NCBI GenBank assembly: GCA_945865725.1
Contig: CAMBEO010000001.1
Span: 51,102 to 115,101, forward strand
Direction of reading: 5' to 3'
DNA length: 64,000 bases
Origin: Thermoflexus hugenholtzii JAD2
Lineage (GTDB): Bacteria; Chloroflexota; UBA11872; UBA12225
Position 1 is the stretch's first letter. Each line of letters starts with the position of its first letter. A program made the position numbers and the translations under genes. Shown here one piece after another: positions 1-9,791 of this stretch. A model generated the notes under the pieces. The model searched no databases, had not been told where the DNA came from, and was given only the letters and a program-made list of their open reading frames with translations.

Positions 1-232
1 GGTCGACGCTGGCGATCGCCATGCCGAGGCCGACCTGGATGCCGTCCTGGCCACCGCGCCCGATCGCGCCGGGCACCGCGCCCCGGATCGTCTGCGCCAG
101 CAGCGTCTGGAAGGTGACGCGGCTCGACTTGAATCCGGTCGTGTTGACGTTGGCAATGTTGTTGGAAATCACGTCCATCATCGTCTGGTGATTACGCAGA
201 CCGCTGATGGCCGAGTTCATCGCACGCAGCAT
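1..232 (-). CDS. flgE: flagellar hook protein FlgE, N-terminal part (gene runs off the window start)
   Basis: Minus-strand ATG at 232-230 gives MLRAMNSAISGLRNHQTMMDVISNNIANVNTTGFKSSRVTFQTLL... This carries the rod/hook N-terminal motif NNIANVNT.GFK. It follows flgD and flg_new as in Bacillus-type fla operons. Confidence 0.8.
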   Translation of the reverse strand, partial: MLRAMNSAISGLRNHQTMMDVISNNIANVNTTGFKSSRVTFQTLLAQTIRGAVPGAIGRGGQDGIQVGLGMAIASVD

Positions 233-442
233 GGAAAGGTGATCCTTCCTAGGTGGTGCGGCGTCGCCGTGGAGCGGGTCCCCATGCGCGCCGAAAGTCT
301 TCCGGTCGCGCGGGCCTCCCTTTCGGGTCCAGCCAGTTCTGGGGTGCCCTGCCTCGCGTCGCTGCCGCTCTTTGGTTCCGGCCGGACGGCCGGTGTACGC
401 GTTCCTGCTTGCCTCTCGACGCCTTCCCTCCTAGGGAGGACG

Positions 443-937
443 TCAAGCCGTCGGCGCTTCCTTGCCGCCGGCGATCACGACGCTGTCGATCTGCGTGAAG
501 ACGCTGTCGCTCATCCGGTCCGCCCCGACGGCGGTGATGACCGTGCGATTCCTCACGCTGACGACGAACGCCAGGTCGTCAAGCAGGATCAGTGATTCCT
601 TGCCCCCTCTCTTGCCCGCCTTGTCGACCGCGGCGGCCAGCTTGGCCAGCGACTCCGGCCCGAGTTCGACCGAAGCCTGTGCCAGACGCTGCTGGGCATG
701 CGCCGAGAAGCGCACCTCGGAAACCGGATGGAGATCCGATACCGGGGCAGGCGTCAGCGGCATTCCCGTCGGCACGGCCGGCGGGACGGCGAGCGTCTCC
801 TGGAACACCTGGTCGAACGACAGCCCTCGGTCCGCGCCGGGAGTTCCCGGCCGACCCGCAACGAGACGTGGCGACAGGCTGGCTTGCCCGGGCCCCGCGA
901 CTCGCGACAGGCGAATGTTCGCTTCGTAGTCAGTCAT
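443..937 (-). CDS. small flagellar operon protein (flg_new / TIGR02530-like) between flgD and flgE
   Basis: Translation contains ...VRFSAHAQQRLAQASVEL..., and the position between flgD and flgE is typical of this family. Start is uncertain: ATG at 937, or GTG at 970/967 lying directly next to a GAAGGA box. Confidence 0.55.
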   Translation of the reverse strand: MTDYEANIRLSRVAGPGQASLSPRLVAGRPGTPGADRGLSFDQVFQETLAVPPAVPTGMPLTPAPVSDLHPVSEVRFSAHAQQRLAQASVELGPESLAKLAAAVDKAGKRGGKESLILLDDLAFVVSVRNRTVITAVGADRMSDSVFTQIDSVVIAGGKEAPTA

Positions 938-994
938 CGATGTTGCACACGCTTTTAGTCCGCTCACCACTCCTTCGGCGAACGGGTGAGGTGC

Positions 995-1591
995 CTATCC
1001 GCCTGGCGACGTGCTCCCTGAAGAGGTCATCACGCCCCCGGTTGTCGTCGTGTCGCCCGTTTCCTGGACGGTGACCGGCTCTCCCGGGATGAGTACCCGC
1101 AGGATGTCCGCAAGCCCGATCTCCTCGGATCCGACGCGCAGGGTCGGCGTCCCACCGGAAATCGTGATCGCGCGTACTTCGCCAGTAACGATGCCGTTGA
1201 TCCCGCTCGCCTGGACCTGTCGGCCGAGCAATCCGCTCGCCTGCGTCACCGCCTGGGCGGCAACCAGGTTGCTGATGCTCTTGTTGACCTGCTGCATCTG
1301 CTCGAGGCTGTTGAACTGCGCCAGCTGGGCGATGAACTCCTTGTCCTCCATCGGTTTCAAGGGGTCCTGGTTGCCCATCTGTACAAGGAGCAACTTCATG
1401 AAGTCGTCCTTGCCGAGGCCGCCCGTCGTGCCGTCGAGCGACTCCTTGGCCTTCGGTGCAAGCACCTGAGCGGCGGGAGGCAGCCCAAGCCTCGCCCGCG
1501 AGGCGTCGTCCAGCAACTTCGTTGCCGGGCGCGACATCCCTGCAGGCCCGAGGCCGATCCCATTGATTGGGGCCATGGTTGAAAATGGCAT
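995..1591 (-). CDS. flgD: flagellar hook capping/assembly protein FlgD
   Basis: Contains GKDDFMKLLLVQMGNQDPLKPMEDKEFIAQLAQFNSLEQM, the conserved FlgD N-terminal domain. AAGGAG lies 5 nt upstream of the ATG at 1591. Confidence 0.85.
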   Translation of the reverse strand: MPFSTMAPINGIGLGPAGMSRPATKLLDDASRARLGLPPAAQVLAPKAKESLDGTTGGLGKDDFMKLLLVQMGNQDPLKPMEDKEFIAQLAQFNSLEQMQQVNKSISNLVAAQAVTQASGLLGRQVQASGINGIVTGEVRAITISGGTPTLRVGSEEIGLADILRVLIPGEPVTVQETGDTTTTGGVMTSSGSTSPGG

Positions 1592-1771
1592 CGTCGCTCC
1601 TTGGATTGGTCGTGCGGTAGTGATCAGTCGTTGCCGTTGATGATCGATCGCCGTTGATTTGTGATCGTTGAAGTGGGTGATGGAGTCGCGGGACGTAGCA
1701 CGGGACGTTGACGATGAGTGATGTCGTCCCGTACGTGACCGGTCGTCGCCGGGTCACCCCCGGCTGTCGGG

Positions 1772-4060
1772 TCACCCCGGAAGGCCGTCCCCGGTCTTGC
1801 TTGCCTCCACGGCAGCCGCCATTGCCCGGCGCCCGCCATACGCTCCCAGTCCAACGCTGACCCGAGACTGCACGCCGAGTGCCCGCGTGACGCTCAGCGC
1901 CGTCTCGCCTCCGCCCGCGCGCACGAAATCGCGCGTGGGTGGGGCCAGTTCGATTGGCGCCTGGTCCGCTGAACTCGCCGTCGGAAGGTCGAAGGGTCGG
2001 CCGTCCTGGTCGAAATGCAACCGCCCAAGAATGGTGGCGGCCCACTCGCGCCCGCCGTCGCCGGTCCCGGACCCCGCCTGGCCACCCGGTTCCCCGGATT
2101 GCCGTTGCGGTGCCTGGTCCCCTTGCCGGCCAGCGTTCCTTCCCGAACCCTCGTCGCCGTTCTCCCGCAGGCTGACGTCAAGCCGCTCCAGCCGGAGACC
2201 CGCCTCGCCGAGCGAGGCGCGCAACTGCGGGAGGGCCGACTCGAGTGCCTTGCGCGCTTCCGGCGTCGCCGTGGTGAGGTCCACCCCGATGGCGCCATTG
2301 CGCAGCGTGAGCCGAATCGACAGCGGGCCAAGGTGTTCCGGCGACAGGCGCAGCATGAACTGCTTTGCCTCGCCCACGCCGGTGAGTCGCGCCAGGCGCA
2401 CGAGGATCGGCGAGACCTGCTCCGGCAGGTCGAACTCCGCTACTGCGCTTGACGCGGCCGACGCGAGACCAGTCGCGTCGGCATCACCGAGGCGGATCCC
2501 CGGCGCGATGCCGGTCCCCGCGAGCACGGAAGTGCCCGCCGACCCGGGAGCCGAGACCCCTTGCGCCGGTTGGCCACCTGCCTCGTCGCCGTCGGCCACC
2601 CCAGCGCCTGCCGTCGCCGCGAGGGCGACCACCGGGGAAGTCGGGACCGTCGGCACGCCTTCAGCCCCGTCGACCGGCGCCTCGGCGACGGCCATCGCCG
2701 CCGCGTCTGCCCCGGCAACGACGGCATTGGCGCCCGCCGACCCGGCCCTGCTCGCCGCGTGAGCGACGAGTGGCACGACCGTCGCCACGCCCGCCTCGGC
2801 CACCGCGATCACGGTCACGCCCTCCATGTCGGAGAGCGCCACCGTCGCGGCCACCGCCAAGGGCGCGTCGACAACGACGGCCCCGGCTGGACCCGTCGCC
2901 GGCGATGCCGGAACGGAAGCCGAGACGCCGCCGGCCCCAACCGGGGCCTCGCCGTCGGTCGCCGCCGAGGCGAGCGCCGCCGCCAGGGCGGCGAACACCC
3001 CGGCGCCATCGAGGGAAACCCCGCTCGACGCGCCCGCCACGGCCGTGGCCGCGGCGGGTCCGCCGATCTCGAGGGTCGCGCCCATCTGGCGCAAGGCGAC
3101 CAGCAGGCCAGCCAGTGACGACTGGTCCGCCGCCGTGCCGGTGAGTGCCGGCAGGTCGGTGATGGCACCATCGAACGCGCCGACCAGGAGCATTCCCAGG
3201 TCAAGCGCGCCCTCCGTGCCCGCCAACGCCATCGCCGCCTGGCCCAGGAGGAACCTGAGGCCATCCGGCACGACCTTGGCAACATCGGCCACCACCGCCG
3301 CGACCGTGGCCCCATCGCCCGTGGCGATGGCCGCCTCGACGCGGATGGCCGCATCCTCGACCGCCGAGACGGCGGCGTCCGGACCCGTGGCCGGTGCGAC
3401 GCGAGGTGCGCCGGTGCCACGTGCCCCACCATCCCTGCCACTCCCGGACGCCGAAGGCGTCGCGGAGGTGGCGTCGGTCGGGCGAGGCGCGCCCCCCGAG
3501 ACCGGGTTGGTCCCGTCCGAGGCGGCCCGTGCCGAATCGAACGGGGATCCGGTCGGGGACACCGACCGCGCGCGGTCAAGCGCCCTTGCGAGGCGACTGA
3601 CCGCGCGCATTGCCGTGGCGGCGTCGCGACGCACGTACGACATCGAGCCCGACCGACTGGCACCGCGTTCCGGTGCCGCGACCGTGCCGACGCCGTCCAC
3701 CTCCGCCACGCCGGGGGCATCCGGCATGGCGGTCATGGGTTGCGCCCCGAGACCTGCGACGAGGGCGGCGCTCGTGTCCGACTGGTCTCGGGACACGCGC
3801 GACGCGGCGATGCGCGCAAGCACGGAGGCGAAGCCCGGCCGGTTCCCGGTTGCCGGACCCGCCGTGCCGCGGGGCGCATCAGTTGCGTTGCCGATGGCGA
3901 TCATGGAACCCACGCTCCCGGGGCCTGCACCTCCGGGACCGCGAACCCCAACAACCGCCTGCAGCGCACGCGCGGACAAGGCACCGCCGATCGCAGCCAG
4001 CGCGAGGCTCTGCTGCGCGGCCGACGCCGCCTTGCCCATGGATGGGACAGACCTGCCCAT
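1772..4060 (-). CDS. fliK: flagellar hook-length control protein FliK (Ala-rich, about 760 aa)
   Basis: C-terminal region FMLRLSPEHLGPLSIRLTLRNGAIGVDLTTATPEARKALESALPQLRASLGEAGLRLERLDV matches the Flg_hook domain. Start chosen at ATG 4060 because AAAGGAG sits 6 nt upstream. The in-frame ORF continues to 4600, but that stretch is Arg/Gly/Pro-rich and not protein-like. Confidence 0.7.
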   Translation of the reverse strand: MGRSVPSMGKAASAAQQSLALAAIGGALSARALQAVVGVRGPGGAGPGSVGSMIAIGNATDAPRGTAGPATGNRPGFASVLARIAASRVSRDQSDTSAALVAGLGAQPMTAMPDAPGVAEVDGVGTVAAPERGASRSGSMSYVRRDAATAMRAVSRLARALDRARSVSPTGSPFDSARAASDGTNPVSGGAPRPTDATSATPSASGSGRDGGARGTGAPRVAPATGPDAAVSAVEDAAIRVEAAIATGDGATVAAVVADVAKVVPDGLRFLLGQAAMALAGTEGALDLGMLLVGAFDGAITDLPALTGTAADQSSLAGLLVALRQMGATLEIGGPAAATAVAGASSGVSLDGAGVFAALAAALASAATDGEAPVGAGGVSASVPASPATGPAGAVVVDAPLAVAATVALSDMEGVTVIAVAEAGVATVVPLVAHAASRAGSAGANAVVAGADAAAMAVAEAPVDGAEGVPTVPTSPVVALAATAGAGVADGDEAGGQPAQGVSAPGSAGTSVLAGTGIAPGIRLGDADATGLASAASSAVAEFDLPEQVSPILVRLARLTGVGEAKQFMLRLSPEHLGPLSIRLTLRNGAIGVDLTTATPEARKALESALPQLRASLGEAGLRLERLDVSLRENGDEGSGRNAGRQGDQAPQRQSGEPGGQAGSGTGDGGREWAATILGRLHFDQDGRPFDLPTASSADQAPIELAPPTRDFVRAGGGETALSVTRALGVQSRVSVGLGAYGGRRAMAAAVEASKTGDGLPG

Positions 4061-4670
4061 ACCTGCTCCTTTACGGATGCACGGCCCGGGCATGCCAAGG
4101 CATGCCCTTGCCAGTCGGCGTACGCGGCTCCAGGAACGCCACGCCCGCCCACGACCCGCGCTTCTGTCCCCGTCCGCACGGATCGTGCCCCACGCCTGCG
4201 GGGACGAGAACCGCTCGCGCGACCGTCGGTGAAGACGCCACGCGCGCTCCGGCTCTCGTCCCGGTAGGCGCCTCGTTTTCAGTTGTCCATCTCGCCCCGT
4301 CGGGTTCGGCATGCCGAACCCGGCCCGCATCCGTGCGGGCGGGCCTGATGTTCGGGTCCGCCCGGCTTCCGGTCCGGGTGACCCTCCGTGACCCGCGCCT
4401 CCCATCCCGGGCCGTCCCTGGCCCGCGTCCGGCCTCCGTACCGGGTGCCTTGCCGCAACTCGTCCTCGCCGCGCGAGGCCCCCGTCAGATCCCTTGCAAC
4501 CGTCACCCCGCCATCCGTGGCGCGGGCCCGCCCCCGGCACCCCTGCCGGGTCGTCGCCTCCGTGCGATGGTCGCCGCGGGCCCTTCCCTGGCCCCGTCAA
4601 CCTGTCCGGACCATCCGTGGCCCGAACGACGCGCTCCCGGCTTCCGTGCCGGGATGTCCAGATGTCTGGC

Positions 4671-5102
4671 CTAGCGACGGCCCTCGTAAATCGCCTGGCG
4701 CAACTGCGCGAACTTGAGGTTCGTGAATGCCGTCGCCGCCGAGAACTGGATCTGCGTCTCGGCCAGGCGGACCATCTCGCGGTCGATGTCGACGTTGTTG
4801 CCGTCGTTCCGCAGCGTCAGGCCACGCATCTCCTGCGACCTCGCGGCCAGCCCCTCGATGTCTGGCCGCCGAAGCGTCGTGCCGAAGTGCGCCGTGTTGG
4901 TGGCGACCATGCGGAAGGAGTCGGGCGCCGGCCGGTTGATCGCCACTGCCAGCTCGTCCTCGAACGAGACCTCGGTCGTCTTGAAGCCGGGCGTGTCGAC
5001 GTTGGCGACGTTATTGGTGATCGCACGGCTGCGCAGGCTCAGGCCGTCAAGCGACTTGACGATCGCGCCGAACGCGGTGTCGTTCCGGATGAGGTTGGGC
5101 AT
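4671..5102 (-). CDS. flgB: flagellar basal-body rod protein FlgB (143 aa)
   Basis: LSLRSRAITNNVANVDTPGFKTTEVSFEDEL at the N-terminus and NNVDIDREMVRLAETQIQFSAATAFTNLKFAQLRQAI at the C-terminus. The size fits FlgB. GAGGGAG lies 8 nt upstream of the ATG. Confidence 0.8.
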   Translation of the reverse strand: MPNLIRNDTAFGAIVKSLDGLSLRSRAITNNVANVDTPGFKTTEVSFEDELAVAINRPAPDSFRMVATNTAHFGTTLRRPDIEGLAARSQEMRGLTLRNDGNNVDIDREMVRLAETQIQFSAATAFTNLKFAQLRQAIYEGRR

Positions 5103-5123
5103 CGTCAGGCTCCCTCGGCGCGC

Positions 5124-5741
5124 CTACGTACCGGCGCGCCGCAACTGCTCGCGGGTCTGGAGGACTCTTCGCACGTACCCTTGGGTCTCGGAGTACGGGG
5201 GCACGCCACCGTATTTCTCGACCGCGCCCGGACCGGCGTTGTAGGCCGCAAGCGCCCGCGTGACGTCACCGCCGAAGCGGTTGAGCATCTGCCGCAGGTA
5301 CTTGGCCCCACCCGCGGCGTTCTGGGCCGCGTCGAACGAGTCGGTCACCCCGACCGATCGCGCGGTCCCGTCCATCAACTGCATCAGCCCCTTGGCACCT
5401 GCGCGGGAGACGGCGTGGGCGTTCCCGCCCGACTCGACCTTCGCCACGGCGCGCACGAGGTTCGGGTCCAGTCCCTCGCGAGCCGCGGCGACCCGCAGCT
5501 CGTCGTCGAAGGACCCGACCCGCGCCTCCCCGGTCCGGACGGATGGCCCGACTGCCATCGCGCCATCCGTCCGCGACCGGATAGGGAGGGAAAGGGATAT
5601 GCCAAGCCGGCGGGCGCGGTCAAGCGCCGCCTGCACGAGCGTCGCGTGGATGGCCCGGAGGGCGCTGCCATCGCCCCCCGAACCCGCAACGCCGTGGTTC
5701 CGGCCCGACAAGATGTCCTGGAGCGGCGAACTCGTCACCAT
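5124..5741 (-). CDS. SLT-domain lytic transglycosylase embedded in the flagellar operon
   Basis: VAKVESGGNAHAVSRAGAKGLMQLMDGTARSVGV...AAYNAGPGAVEKYGGVPPYSETQGYVRRV is the SLT catalytic-Glu and AYNAG signature. The start overlaps the fliJ stop by 7 nt. Confidence 0.8.
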   Translation of the reverse strand: MVTSSPLQDILSGRNHGVAGSGGDGSALRAIHATLVQAALDRARRLGISLSLPIRSRTDGAMAVGPSVRTGEARVGSFDDELRVAAAREGLDPNLVRAVAKVESGGNAHAVSRAGAKGLMQLMDGTARSVGVTDSFDAAQNAAGGAKYLRQMLNRFGGDVTRALAAYNAGPGAVEKYGGVPPYSETQGYVRRVLQTREQLRRAGT

Positions 5742-6253
5742 GTCCCTGCGCCTCCCGGGGCACCGGCGGACAGGACGGCCGCCACGGGGGGCGCGGACAG
5801 CAGTCGCCGCCCTTCAAGCCCGTGCCGCATCACCGCCATCTCGTCCACCTGCTTCAGCTCCCGCTGCTGCTCCACCCGGCGATACTCGGCAAGCTGCTTC
5901 TCCTTCAGCTTCTCGAGCGCCTTGCGTGACTTCATCGCCTCCACGAGCTCCTGCCGCCGTGCGTCGACCCGCGTTCGCGCGCGGTCGACGACCTGCACCT
6001 GCCGGTCAACCTGGACCTTCAGGACATCGAGGAACCGCAACCCCAGCTGGAGGTTCCCCATGTCGAGGATTCCCTCGCCCTGGATCACCTCAAGGTGCTC
6101 CACCGTCCGGGCCTCGTCCTCGTGCAACCCCCTGAGCGTCGCCTCCTCCTTGAATCGCGCGCCCTCGGCCTCGCCGAACGCCACCTTCGCCCGTACCTCC
6201 ACCTGGTGGCGGAAATCCAGCACCGATTGCAGCCGGAAGGCAAACCGTGGCAT
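5735..6253 (-). CDS. fliJ: flagellar export chaperone FliJ
   Basis: MPRFAFRLQSVLDFRHQVE... is a coiled coil and ...KALEKLKEKQLAEYRRVEQQRELKQVDE is typical of FliJ. It sits directly after fliI. Confidence 0.65.
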   Translation of the reverse strand: MPRFAFRLQSVLDFRHQVEVRAKVAFGEAEGARFKEEATLRGLHEDEARTVEHLEVIQGEGILDMGNLQLGLRFLDVLKVQVDRQVQVVDRARTRVDARRQELVEAMKSRKALEKLKEKQLAEYRRVEQQRELKQVDEMAVMRHGLEGRRLLSAPPVAAVLSAGAPGGAGTW

Positions 6254-6287
6254 CGACCTGTCGCCCTCCCCTCATCCGGTCCACGTG

Positions 6288-7658
6288 CTAGACGTTCACG
6301 AACATGCGCTGCAACACCTCGACGGAACCGGCGAAGTCGGTCACCTCGGTCGCGTCCTGGCGCAAGTACTCGCGCACGCGGGGCATCATCGCGAGGGCGA
6401 AGTCGATCGCCGGGTTGCTCCCCGCGGCGTACGCCCCGATGTTCACCAAGTCGCGCGCGCTCGCGTACGTCGCCAGCACCTCCCGGAGCAACCCCGCCGC
6501 GTGCTTGTGGCCGGGCGTCGCCAACTCCGTCATCAACCGCGAGATGCTCTCGAGCACGTCGATCGACGGGTAGTGGTTCTCCGCCGCCAGCTGGCGCGAC
6601 AGCACGATGTGCCCGTCGAGGATCGACCGCACCGCGTCGGTGATCGGCTCCTGCAAGTCGTCACCCTCGACGAGGACGGTGTAAAAGCCGGTCACGGTCC
6701 CCTTGGCCGACGCGCCCGTCCGCTCCATGAGGCGCGGCAGCATCGCGAAGACCGAGGGCGTGTACCCGCGCGTCGCTGGCGGCTCGCCGATCGTCAGGCC
6801 GACCTCGCGTTGCGCCATCGCGAACCGCGTCACCGAGTCCATGAGGAAGCTGACGTGCAGGCCCTCCTCGCGGAAGTACTCCGCGACGGCCGTCGCCACC
6901 CACGCCGCCTTGACCCGGACCAGTGCCGGCTGGTCGGACGTCGAGACGATCACGATCGACCGGCTCAAGCCTTCCGGACCGAGGTCGCGCTCGATGAACT
7001 CGCGCACCTCGCGACCCCGCTCGCCGATCAGGGCGATCACGTTCAGGTCGGCCGTGACGCCACGCGCGATCATGCCGAGCAGCGTGCTCTTGCCGACGCC
7101 CGACCCCGAGAAGATCCCCAGGCGCTGCCCCTTGCCGCACGTGAGCAAGCCGTCGATCGCGCGCACGCCGGTCGGCAGCGGCTCGCTGATCCGGGCACGC
7201 GTCAGTGCCGGCGGGGGGGCGTTCCCCACGCCGAACCGCCGCCCGCTGATCGGGCCGAGCCCGTCGATCGGGCGCCCGAGGCCGTCGATCACGCGACCGA
7301 CCAGCGACGGGCCGATGATCAGCGAGAAGCCCCCGCCGCTGGCGATCACCCGCGACCCGGGCGAGATGCCGGTCATCTCGCCGAGCGGCATCAGCACGAC
7401 GCGATCGCTGCGGAAGCCCACGACCTCGGCGACGATCGGCTCACCGCCGCGCGCCGGCGTGATCTCGCAGATTTCCCCGACCTCGCACACGAGGCCTTCC
7501 GCCTCGACGGTCAGTCCGATGACTTGGACGACGCGCCCGGTGCACTGGAAGGTGTCGACATCATCCAAGGCCTGCACGTAGCGGTCGAAGTCGAATCGAA
7601 CGTCCGGCCCCGCTTGGAGCGCCACGCCGGTTCGAGCAAGCGCGACGGGGGCGATCAC
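6288..7658 (-). CDS. fliI: flagellum-specific ATPase FliI
   Basis: Walker A GIFSGSGVGKSTLLGMI, Walker B HVSFLMDSVTRFA, and F1/T3SS ATPase-like sequence throughout. The GTG start overlaps the fliH stop (GTGA). Confidence 0.95.
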   Translation of the reverse strand: MIAPVALARTGVALQAGPDVRFDFDRYVQALDDVDTFQCTGRVVQVIGLTVEAEGLVCEVGEICEITPARGGEPIVAEVVGFRSDRVVLMPLGEMTGISPGSRVIASGGGFSLIIGPSLVGRVIDGLGRPIDGLGPISGRRFGVGNAPPPALTRARISEPLPTGVRAIDGLLTCGKGQRLGIFSGSGVGKSTLLGMIARGVTADLNVIALIGERGREVREFIERDLGPEGLSRSIVIVSTSDQPALVRVKAAWVATAVAEYFREEGLHVSFLMDSVTRFAMAQREVGLTIGEPPATRGYTPSVFAMLPRLMERTGASAKGTVTGFYTVLVEGDDLQEPITDAVRSILDGHIVLSRQLAAENHYPSIDVLESISRLMTELATPGHKHAAGLLREVLATYASARDLVNIGAYAAGSNPAIDFALAMMPRVREYLRQDATEVTDFAGSVEVLQRMFVNV

Positions 7659-8533
7659 GTGACCGCCTCCGCGCCCGCGAGGGGAGCGCCTGCCAAGCCG
7701 GAGAACGCCTGCGACACGCGCGCAAGTTGCGTCTCGAGGCGGCCATCAACGGTGCCGCGTCGCGTCTCGACCACCACGCCGACCCGTTCGACGGAGTCGT
7801 CCGGCACGACCTCGATGCCCCGCTCGGCGTAGGAGGACGCGATGCGACGCGCCCCGTCCCCGAGTTGCCGGATCGTCTCGGGATTGAGGCGCACGCGCAC
7901 GCCGTCCTGCGCGGTCACCCGCTGCAAGGCGCGTGCCACCATGTCGCGGATGACGTCCGGCCTCGCCTGGACTTCCGAGAGGACGATCCGGCGGGCAACC
8001 TCGACGGCGAGGCCGATCACGTCCGGCTCGGCCTCGGCGATGAGTTGCGCGCGCTCGACCCGGGCGCCTTCCGCGAGCCGCATGACGACCTCGAAGTGCC
8101 CGGCCAGCTCGTCGTAGCCCTGCTGCCGGCCGTTGACCCGTGCCGCCTCGCGGATGGACTCGGCGGACGCCTCGGCCTCCACGACGATCTGCCGTGCCTG
8201 GGCCTTGATCGACTCCGCCTCCGCCTCCTGTCGCGCGCGGAAGTCGTGCGCCTCGCGGAGGGTGAGGATCGTCTCGCCCGCCTCCTCGATCTGGCGCCGC
8301 GCCTCGTCGACGCGACGCCGCGCCTCGGCAAACGTCGCCTCGATCTCGACGTGCGCCTTCATCCGCTCGGCCTTCGCCTCGTCGAAGAGGCGCTCCGCCG
8401 CCGCGTTGAGGTCGACGGTGCGACGCCGACGCTCGATGGTCGCCTCGAGGGCCGCCGCGCTCTCCGCCGAGCCGATGGCGGCCCGGACGACCAGTGCCTG
8501 CGCCTGGATGTCCGGCGCCTTCAGGACGCTCAT
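7655..8533 (-). CDS. fliH: flagellar assembly protein FliH
   Basis: Charged coiled-coil N-terminal half. The FliH-like C-terminal domain includes ...LAVEVARRIVLSEV...VRVRLNPE...VVPDDSVERVGVVVETRRGTVDGRLETQL. It lies between fliG and fliI. Confidence 0.7.
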   Translation of the reverse strand: MSVLKAPDIQAQALVVRAAIGSAESAAALEATIERRRRTVDLNAAAERLFDEAKAERMKAHVEIEATFAEARRRVDEARRQIEEAGETILTLREAHDFRARQEAEAESIKAQARQIVVEAEASAESIREAARVNGRQQGYDELAGHFEVVMRLAEGARVERAQLIAEAEPDVIGLAVEVARRIVLSEVQARPDVIRDMVARALQRVTAQDGVRVRLNPETIRQLGDGARRIASSYAERGIEVVPDDSVERVGVVVETRRGTVDGRLETQLARVSQAFSGLAGAPLAGAEAVT

Positions 8534-8536
8534 GGC

Positions 8537-9631
8537 CTACTGGAACTCCTCGCCACCGGCCCGCGCGATGACGATCTCCTCGTTCTGCTCGAGGCGACGC
8601 ACGGCCTGGACGACCTTTTGCTGTGCCTCCTCGATAGCCGACAGGCGCTGCGGCCCCATGATCTCGATGTCGTCCTTCATCTGGGCCGCCGACCGCGACG
8701 ACATGCCCTTGAAGAACTTGCCGCGAAGCTCCTCCGACGCGCCGCGCAGTGCCAGGGCCAGGTCCTTGCCATCGACCTCGCGCACCACCTTCGGCATGTC
8801 GCGGTCGCCCAGCCGGATGATGTCGTTGAACACGAACATCTGCCGCTGGATCTCGTCGGCCAAGTCCGGCTCCTGCTCGCCCAGGATGTCCATGATCGCC
8901 TTGGTGTTGTTCGGGTCGTTCTTCTGGAGCACGCTGACGATGTGGCGGATGCCGCCGGAAGCCTCCAGGTTGGTGGTTTGCACGCTCGAGAACTTCATGC
9001 GGAGCAGGCGCTCCACCTCGCGCACCACCTCGGGCTGCGTGCGGTCCATCATCGCGATCCGCATCGCGACCTCGGACTGGGTCTCCGGCACCAACGCCGA
9101 CAGGACCTTCGCGGCCTGGACCGGATCGAGGTAGGCGACGATCAGGGCGATCGTCTGCGGATGCTCGTCCTTGATGAAGCCGATCAGCTGCGTCGTCTCC
9201 GCGTTGCGCAGGAAGGCGAACGGCGGCGTCACCACCTTCGCCGTCAGGCGCGCCAGCATCTCGCTCGCCCGGTTCGGCATCAGGGCCTTGGTCAGGACCT
9301 GCTGCAGGAACGGCAGGCCTCCCGCAACCCCGCCCTCGTCACCGCCAAGCATCTCGGCAACCTCGTCAAGCACCGCATCGACGACGTCGGGCTGGACGAA
9401 CCGCATCTTGTGGATTTCGAGGGCGACCGCCTCGACGGCCTCTTCGGGCATGTTCTTCAGGATCGCGATGGACGCGTCCTCACCGACCGCGATGAGGAAG
9501 GCAGCGATCTGCTCGTAACCGGACAGGCCGGCAAGCGGCCCGCGCCGCACGGGTGCGGCGGGGGGTGGCAGGGCCGGGACAGGAGCCGCGACCTCCTGGG
9601 TCGTCTCGGATGCGGGTGCGGTGGCTACCAT
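8537..9631 (-). CDS. fliG: flagellar motor switch protein FliG
   Basis: LSGYEQIAAFLIAVGEDASIAILKNM, MFVFNDIIRL and EEIVIARAGGEEF are FliG hallmarks. ATG 9631 is preferred. An upstream ATG at 9733 would add an Arg-rich 34-aa extension. Confidence 0.9.
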   Translation of the reverse strand: MVATAPASETTQEVAAPVPALPPPAAPVRRGPLAGLSGYEQIAAFLIAVGEDASIAILKNMPEEAVEAVALEIHKMRFVQPDVVDAVLDEVAEMLGGDEGGVAGGLPFLQQVLTKALMPNRASEMLARLTAKVVTPPFAFLRNAETTQLIGFIKDEHPQTIALIVAYLDPVQAAKVLSALVPETQSEVAMRIAMMDRTQPEVVREVERLLRMKFSSVQTTNLEASGGIRHIVSVLQKNDPNNTKAIMDILGEQEPDLADEIQRQMFVFNDIIRLGDRDMPKVVREVDGKDLALALRGASEELRGKFFKGMSSRSAAQMKDDIEIMGPQRLSAIEEAQQKVVQAVRRLEQNEEIVIARAGGEEFQ

Positions 9632-9791
9632 CGTCGTGCCTCGGCGTCCGTCTCGTCTGCGTCGCGCGTGAAGTTCGTCGTCGGGGATTGCGGCCCCGCC
9701 ACGGGGCTGTGGAACTCGGCCCCTGTCGGCCATCGGCCTGGCATCGGGGGTGAGGAACCCTCACCCTCCGGCCAGTCCCGCGTGGCCGTCG

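Noticed and set aside
4061-4600. In-frame N-terminal extension of the fliK ORF up to the ATG at 4600.
   Set aside because: The translation (…GPRRPSHGGDDPAGVPGAGPRHGWRGDG…RSWSRVRRLARA…) is not protein-like. A strong AAAGGAG RBS precedes the ATG at 4060. The region is rich in palindromes. It is treated as non-coding spacer, pending proteomic evidence.
4494-7832. Very long ORFs antisense to recognised genes. Examples: 4494-7832 + (1112 aa), 7727-9919 + (730 aa), 10089-11795 +, 1797-2762 +, 2826-4232 +, 42098-43630 -, 43796-46213 - (805 aa), 51913-54195 - (760 aa), 47279-48211 +.
   Set aside because: Each lies opposite, or out of frame with, a gene that has unmistakable conserved motifs (fliI, fliG, fliF, fliK, dnaE, MFS…). 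Their translations are Arg/Pro/Gly/His-rich with no recognisable domains. Stop-free antisense frames are expected at this GC content.
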